Shown in pieces: positions 58,956-64,000 of a stretch of DNA of 64,000 bases. Both the position numbers and the translations under genes were made by a program. The DNA lies in the NCBI GenBank assembly GCA_963695545.1, contig OY968796.1, forward strand, positions 1,376,001 through 1,440,000, read 5' to 3'. The DNA is from Terriglobia bacterium (GTDB lineage: Bacteria > Acidobacteriota > Terriglobia > Acidiferrales > UBA7541). How positions within the stretch are numbered: the first letter of the stretch is position 1; each line of letters opens with the position of its first letter. The notes beneath the pieces were generated by a model. The model was not told where the DNA came from, searched no databases, and saw only the letters and a list, made by a program, of their open reading frames with translations.

Positions 58956-59747
58956 TCAATGCTCGGCGCGCATTGATTTGACGAGATCTGCTGCCGAGGC
59001 GCCTTCGAGCGAAAGGCCGTAGCCAACTTCCCGCACAATACGCTCCTTCAACGGTTGGATGAAATGCACGCGCGTATTGCGCCGGGTCGCTTCCGGAGCT
59101 TTCAGATACAACTCAGCGAATTCCCGTGCCCGGCTAAGCGCTTTACCGTTGGGCACAACTTCGGCAACCACTCCCCATTCGTACGCTGTGCGCGCGGTCA
59201 ATGGCTTCGGGTTCAGCAGAAACGCTTCGGCCCTGCCCGCCCCGGCCCGGTAACTCCATGCGGTAAAGATTCCATCACCCGGCACAATGCCGCCGGCGAA
59301 GTGCGGCAGATCGTTAAAGGTCGCGCCTTCGCCCGCCACAATCACGTTGGCCAGCAGGGCGTACTCGGAATGCACGTACGCGCGGCCTTCGATGGCCGCG
59401 ATCACAGGCACGCGAATATTCGCCAGATTCTCGAGAATCTGAACGCCCTCGTCGTGGACTTGACTCCAGACGCCAGGGTCGGCAACGTTACCAAATGAGG
59501 CAAAGTCGATGCCCGGGATGAACTCCCCGCCGGTTCCCGTGAAAATCACGACCTTGTTCGCACGGTCCTGCGCGATGCGGTAAAAGGCGTCAACGAAATC
59601 GGTATGATCCGGCGCCGTGAAAGTCAGTGGCTTGCCGTTGGTGTGGAACTCGGCAACCAACACACCCTGGGCGTCTCGGGCCAGCCTCAAGCTGCGGTAG
59701 ACGGTGAAATATTCGGGTTGCATCACGTTTGTGGCAGTCGCGGTCAT
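58956..59747 (-). CDS. Enoyl-CoA hydratase/isomerase (crotonase) family protein
   Basis: 'VVIFTGTGGEFIPGID', 'PVIAAIEG', 'LTARTAYEWGVVAEVVP'. Confidence 0.85.
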   Translation of the reverse strand: MTATATNVMQPEYFTVYRSLRLARDAQGVLVAEFHTNGKPLTFTAPDHTDFVDAFYRIAQDRANKVVIFTGTGGEFIPGIDFASFGNVADPGVWSQVHDEGVQILENLANIRVPVIAAIEGRAYVHSEYALLANVIVAGEGATFNDLPHFAGGIVPGDGIFTAWSYRAGAGRAEAFLLNPKPLTARTAYEWGVVAEVVPNGKALSRAREFAELYLKAPEATRRNTRVHFIQPLKERIVREVGYGLSLEGASAADLVKSMRAEH

Positions 59748-59755
59748 GGCGGTCT

Positions 59756-59833
59756 CTATCCTTTCTTCTGCTCGTGCGATTGAAATATCAGAGCGTGCGG
59801 CTCGTTCGAGAGGATATTAAAGCGAGAGGCCAT
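59756..59833 (-). pseudogene. Truncated lipA 5' remnant (25-codon mini-ORF)
   Basis: MASRFNILSNEPHALIFQSHEQKKG* versus LipA MASPFNILSN (9/10 identical). Confidence 0.75.
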
Positions 59834-59953
59834 TAGCTTCGAGCAGCAGAGCTTATTCTACGCAACGGGATGAGGGCACACAACCGGAGGGCTCGCGAAG
59901 GAGTGCGCAGGTTGCGAGTCGCGCGAACGAGGCGTCATATCTTAAGCCCGGAC
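59804..59953. repeat. Direct repeat copy 2 (diverged lipA promoter region)
   Basis: Aligns with 56227-56375; minus-strand TTGTGT-17-TAGAAT. Confidence 0.9.
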
Positions 59954-60074
59954 GACATTTGATTGACGACGTCCTCATGCCGATGAACTTTTACCTGCCG
60001 GCGTGCGTACTCTTATTCAGCCGCCCGGACTGTAAAACGATCTGGCGTGGATATAAAATTTTCGCCGACGCAAG

Positions 60075-62531
60075 GTGATGACGCCGCTCCTGCAGGACAT
60101 CCGCTACGCAATCCGCATTCTGGTGAAGTCGCCGGGCTTCACGGTTATCGCGATCCTCACGCTGGCTCTGGGGATCGGGGCCAATACGGCTCTGTTTTCG
60201 GTGGTCAATGGCGTCCTGCTTAACCCGCTTCCGTACGAGCAGCCTGATCGCCTCGTCGCGCTCTATTCGCACACGCGAACGTTCACACACTCCTCCATCT
60301 CGTATCCAAATTTCCTCGATTGGGTGCGTGAGAATCGCACGTTTGCCGGCATGGCAGCGTTCCGCAGCGATGATTCCAACATGACCGGAATGGGCGAACC
60401 CGAGCGCGTGAAGATGGAAATGGTTTCGGCGAACTTCTTCTCCGTTCTCGGCGTGAAGCCCCTTATCGGCCGCTCGTTTTTGCCTCCGGAGGATCAGCTC
60501 GGCGCTGCGCCTGTGGTGATGATCAGCGATGGAATCTGGCAGCGGAAATTTGGCGGCGCACCCGGTGCCATCGGCAGAACTCTCACGTTAAACGGCACGG
60601 ATTATACGATCATCGGAGTCGTGCCCAATGACTTTCATTATCACAGCGGCAATTTCCGTACGAACACGGACGTCTTCGCGCCCATTGGCCAATGGAACGG
60701 GCCGCTTTTTCGCGATCGCCGCACCGGCATGGGAATGGATGCCGTCGGGCGGCTCGCGCCGGGCGTCACTTTGGCGCAGGCCCAAGCCGATATGGATTCG
60801 GTCGCGAACAACCTCGCGATTGCATTCCCTAACGCGGACAAGGGTAGCGGCGTCACGATGGTCACGCTCCGAGAGGATGTCGTCGGCAACATTCGCCCGT
60901 TTCTTCTCGTGCTTCTGGCTGCCGTGGGATTCGTGCTGCTGATCGCCTGCGCCAACGTGGCCAACTTGCTTCTTGTCCGCGCCACGGGCCGCGCGCGCGA
61001 ATTCGCCATTCGCGCCGCGCTGGGCGCCAATCAGGCGCGCGTTGTGCGTCAACTGCTCACCGAAAGCGTGTTGCTTTCGCTTATCGGCGGAGCGCTCGGG
61101 TTGACGCTCGCGGCGTGGGGCACTCGCGCGGCGCTTCGCGTGCTGCCGGATGCCCTGCCGCGCGCCAACGAAATTCATCTTGATGTGTTCGTGCTGCTTT
61201 TCACGCTCGGCATATCGATTCTTGTGGGAATTGTCTTTGGGCTCGTTCCCGCGCTCAAGACGGCCCATCGCGACTTGCACGAAACCCTGAAGGAAGGCGG
61301 CCGGGGTGGCAGCGGGTTGCGCCATCGCACCCAAAACACTTTCGTTGTGATCGAAGTGGCCCTTGCGCTCGTGCTACTGGTCGGCGCCGGCCTGATGATT
61401 CGCAGCCTGGCCGTGCTCTCGGGAGTAAGCCCGGGCTTTAATCCGCACAATGCGCTGGAATTCAACATCGGTTCCTCCCAACCCTTGGGCGGGACGCCGG
61501 ATCAGATTCGCGCAGTGTTTCTTGGGCTGCACGATTGCCTCGCTGCCGTACCCGGCGTGCAGTCCGTATCGCTCGAGGTAGGTTCCACGCCGATGCAAGG
61601 CGATTCGGACGTCGGCTTTTGGCTCGAAGGTCAGCCTAAACCCACCAGCGACACCGATATGAAGACGGCTCTCTTCTATTCTGTTCAGCCGGACTATCTG
61701 ACGGCGATGGGAATTCCCCTGCTCCGCGGACGGTTTCTAACGGTCGATGACAATCAACACTCGCCACCCGTGATCGTCATCGACAAGGAGTTCGCCCGCC
61801 TCGCTTTCGGCAATGACGATCCCATCGGCAAACGGGTGAATCTTGAGATCATCGGCACCGCGCCGCAAGTCGTCGGCGTGGTAGGCCACGTTAAGCAATG
61901 GGGCTTGGACGAAGGCAGCCATTCGCCCGTGCTGGCGCAGTTCTATTTCCCTATGTCGCAGGTCCCTGATCAATTTATGCCGCTTCTGGCGCGCGGCGTC
62001 GGAGCCGTGGTGCGCACCGATGGCTCGCCGCTCTCCGCGGTCGGAGGACTCCGCCACGCGCTTCAAGAATTCAACGGTCAGGCGGTGATGTATGGTACGC
62101 AGCCGCTGGACGAAGTCATCTCCGATTCCATCGCTTCGCGCCGCTTTGCGATGATTTTGCTGGGCGTTTTCGCCGGGCTCGCGCTGCTTCTTTCAGCGAT
62201 CGGCATTTACGGCGTGATCTCCTACATCGTTGGCCAGCGCGTTCACGAAATCGGCATACGTTTGGCGCTCGGAGCGCATCCCGCGGACGTCTTACGACTT
62301 GTCCTCGCGCAAGGCACGAAACTGGCGCTCGTAGGCGTCGCGATCGGCATTGCCGCGGCGCTCGCGCTTACGCGGCTGATGACAAAAATGATTTTCGGCG
62401 TCAGCGCCCACGATCCGCTCACGTTCGTGGGAGTGGCGATCATCCTTGTGATGGTCGCGCTCGCGGCATGCTACATTCCCGCCCGCCGCGCGATGCGCAC
62501 CGACCCGATGGTCGCTCTGCGGTACGAATGA
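60075..62531 (+). CDS. ADOP-type duplicated ABC transporter permease
   Basis: 'LLQDIRYAIR.L.KSPGF', 'LLIACANVANLLL', ends 'DPMVALRYE'. Confidence 0.94.
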   Translation: MMTPLLQDIRYAIRILVKSPGFTVIAILTLALGIGANTALFSVVNGVLLNPLPYEQPDRLVALYSHTRTFTHSSISYPNFLDWVRENRTFAGMAAFRSDDSNMTGMGEPERVKMEMVSANFFSVLGVKPLIGRSFLPPEDQLGAAPVVMISDGIWQRKFGGAPGAIGRTLTLNGTDYTIIGVVPNDFHYHSGNFRTNTDVFAPIGQWNGPLFRDRRTGMGMDAVGRLAPGVTLAQAQADMDSVANNLAIAFPNADKGSGVTMVTLREDVVGNIRPFLLVLLAAVGFVLLIACANVANLLLVRATGRAREFAIRAALGANQARVVRQLLTESVLLSLIGGALGLTLAAWGTRAALRVLPDALPRANEIHLDVFVLLFTLGISILVGIVFGLVPALKTAHRDLHETLKEGGRGGSGLRHRTQNTFVVIEVALALVLLVGAGLMIRSLAVLSGVSPGFNPHNALEFNIGSSQPLGGTPDQIRAVFLGLHDCLAAVPGVQSVSLEVGSTPMQGDSDVGFWLEGQPKPTSDTDMKTALFYSVQPDYLTAMGIPLLRGRFLTVDDNQHSPPVIVIDKEFARLAFGNDDPIGKRVNLEIIGTAPQVVGVVGHVKQWGLDEGSHSPVLAQFYFPMSQVPDQFMPLLARGVGAVVRTDGSPLSAVGGLRHALQEFNGQAVMYGTQPLDEVISDSIASRRFAMILLGVFAGLALLLSAIGIYGVISYIVGQRVHEIGIRLALGAHPADVLRLVLAQGTKLALVGVAIGIAAALALTRLMTKMIFGVSAHDPLTFVGVAIILVMVALAACYIPARRAMRTDPMVALRYE

Positions 62532-62658
62532 CCAGTCTTCTGGGAGTGGCCTCGCGGCGCGCGATGGCCGTCGAGTCGTCGTCCGGGTCTCTTCTATTGC
62601 TTTCCAATATGAGTCGTGGCAATCTCCGAATGTTTCCCCATAGGATTTCGGGGTAGCC

Positions 62659-63003
62659 ATGACGACCAACAAAGCTGACGTCCAGCAAGGCACACTTGCG
62701 TTGATGGTCTTGAAGACACTCGAGACCATGGGCTCGCTGCACGGATACGGCATCGCACGCCGCATAGAGCAAACCAGCGGAAATCTCTTGTCGGTGAATT
62801 ATGGCACGCTGTATCCGGCGCTGATGAAACTCGAACAGGAGGGCTGGATCGCTTCCCAGTGGGGATTGTCGGAGAGCAATCGCAAGGCGAAGTATTACCG
62901 GCTTACGCGAGCGGGGCGCAAACAACTGAAGCGGGAGTCGCTCGACTGGCAGCAGGCTACCGAGATCCTCGGGCGATTTTTGAATCCGGGCGAGGAAATC
63001 TGA
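62659..63003 (+). CDS. PadR-family transcriptional regulator (acidobacterial type)
   Basis: 'QGTLALMVLKTL', 'LHGYGIARRIEQ', 'GTLYPAL', 'NRKAKYYRLT..GRKQL'. Confidence 0.94.
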   Translation: MTTNKADVQQGTLALMVLKTLETMGSLHGYGIARRIEQTSGNLLSVNYGTLYPALMKLEQEGWIASQWGLSESNRKAKYYRLTRAGRKQLKRESLDWQQATEILGRFLNPGEEI

Positions 63004-64000
63004 TGGGTGCGATGCGCGGGTGGTTCTTTCGACTGGGTGGGCTATTCGGAAAGAAGCGACGCGACCGTGACCTGGCGGACGAAATCGACGGCCACCTGGA
63101 AATGCACATACAGGACAACCTGAAATCCGGGATGTCGCCCGATGCCGCGCGCCGGGCTGCACTGCTCAAACTGGGCGGCCTGGAGCAAACAAAAGAGGCG
63201 TGCCGCGATCAGCGCGGACTTCCGCTCATCGAAAGCTTGCTGCAGGATGTGCGTTTCGCGCTGCGCGCGCTACGCAAATCGCCGGGATTCACGGCCGTCG
63301 CCATCGTGACGCTCGCGCTCGGAATCGGCGCGAACACCGCGATTTTCAGCGTGGTCTACGCCGTGCTTTTGAAACCACTGCCGTTCCCGCATCCCGGCCA
63401 GTTGGTCTTCTTGTCCGAAGCGAAACCGCAAGACGGGATCACAGCGGCGGGCGCATCGTACGACAATTTCACGGAGATTCGCGCGCAAAACCGGGCCTTC
63501 AGCGAACTCGCCGCCTTCGCAACGCACGAGCTCACGCTTACCGGCCGCGGAGAACCGGCCGTCGTCGATACCGGCGACGTCACGCCGGAACTTTTCGCGC
63601 TGCTGGGTACGAAGCCGGTTGTCGGCCGCACGTTCACGAGCGAAGACAACAAACAAGGCGCTCCGCCCGTGGTGATCCTCAGTGAAAGAGTTTGGCGCGA
63701 GCGCTTCGCCGCGGATCCGAACGTGATCGGCTCCTCGGTGAGCCTCGATCATCGTGCGTACACGGTCGTCGGCGTGATTCCTGATGAAGCCAGCGTGATC
63801 TTCTCGCCAGCGCGAATCCAATTCTGGATTCCCGTCGCGCAGGACCCGCTCTTCGGGCCGTGGATCCCGCGTCAGGATCTGCGCTGGCTCCCGATCATCG
63901 GACGTCTGAACCCCGGCGTTTCCGTCGCGCAAGCGCAGTCTGAAATGGACGTGGTCGCCGCGCACTTGGCCATGAAATTCCCCGCTGAAAATTCCGGATG
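63003..64000 (+). CDS. ADOP-type ABC permease with N-terminal prefix domain, truncated at window end (absent from ORF track)
   Basis: ATG overlaps padR stop; MGAMRGWFFRLGGLF...DLADEIDGHLEM...LQDVRFALRALRKSPGF...LGIGANTAIFSVV. Confidence 0.92.
   Translation, partial: MGAMRGWFFRLGGLFGKKRRDRDLADEIDGHLEMHIQDNLKSGMSPDAARRAALLKLGGLEQTKEACRDQRGLPLIESLLQDVRFALRALRKSPGFTAVAIVTLALGIGANTAIFSVVYAVLLKPLPFPHPGQLVFLSEAKPQDGITAAGASYDNFTEIRAQNRAFSELAAFATHELTLTGRGEPAVVDTGDVTPELFALLGTKPVVGRTFTSEDNKQGAPPVVILSERVWRERFAADPNVIGSSVSLDHRAYTVVGVIPDEASVIFSPARIQFWIPVAQDPLFGPWIPRQDLRWLPIIGRLNPGVSVAQAQSEMDVVAAHLAMKFPAENSG

Overview
GC-rich bacterial chromosome segment. The ADOP-type duplicated ABC permeases with a PadR partner, the short PheT and the gene content point to Acidobacteriota (inference). 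Housekeeping blocks: thrS, infC-rpmI-rplT-pheS-pheT-zapA, nrdJ with tandem NrdR boxes, cdaA-cdaR-glmM, rplS-rnhB, lipA-modABC. Between them lie envelope/secreted proteins and carbohydrate or redox enzymes. No tRNA, rRNA, CRISPR array or integrase was recognised. The most interesting signals are non-coding. (1) Two REP-associated tyrosine transposases (RAYT), each with its own variant of a GTAG-REP palindrome; one sits next to an orphan DpnI-like nuclease, and both lie near promoter-led AT-rich ~39-40 bp repeat arrays. (2) A candidate sigma54-dependent sRNA downstream of glmM. (3) A ~150 bp diverged duplication of the lipA promoter plus first ten codons, bracketing and apparently driving a three-gene redox cassette. 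(4) A CxxC/RAPP leader peptide upstream of a metal-efflux-type TolC. (5) A long structured nrdJ leader. All calls come from reading the sequence and ORF translations; no searches were run.
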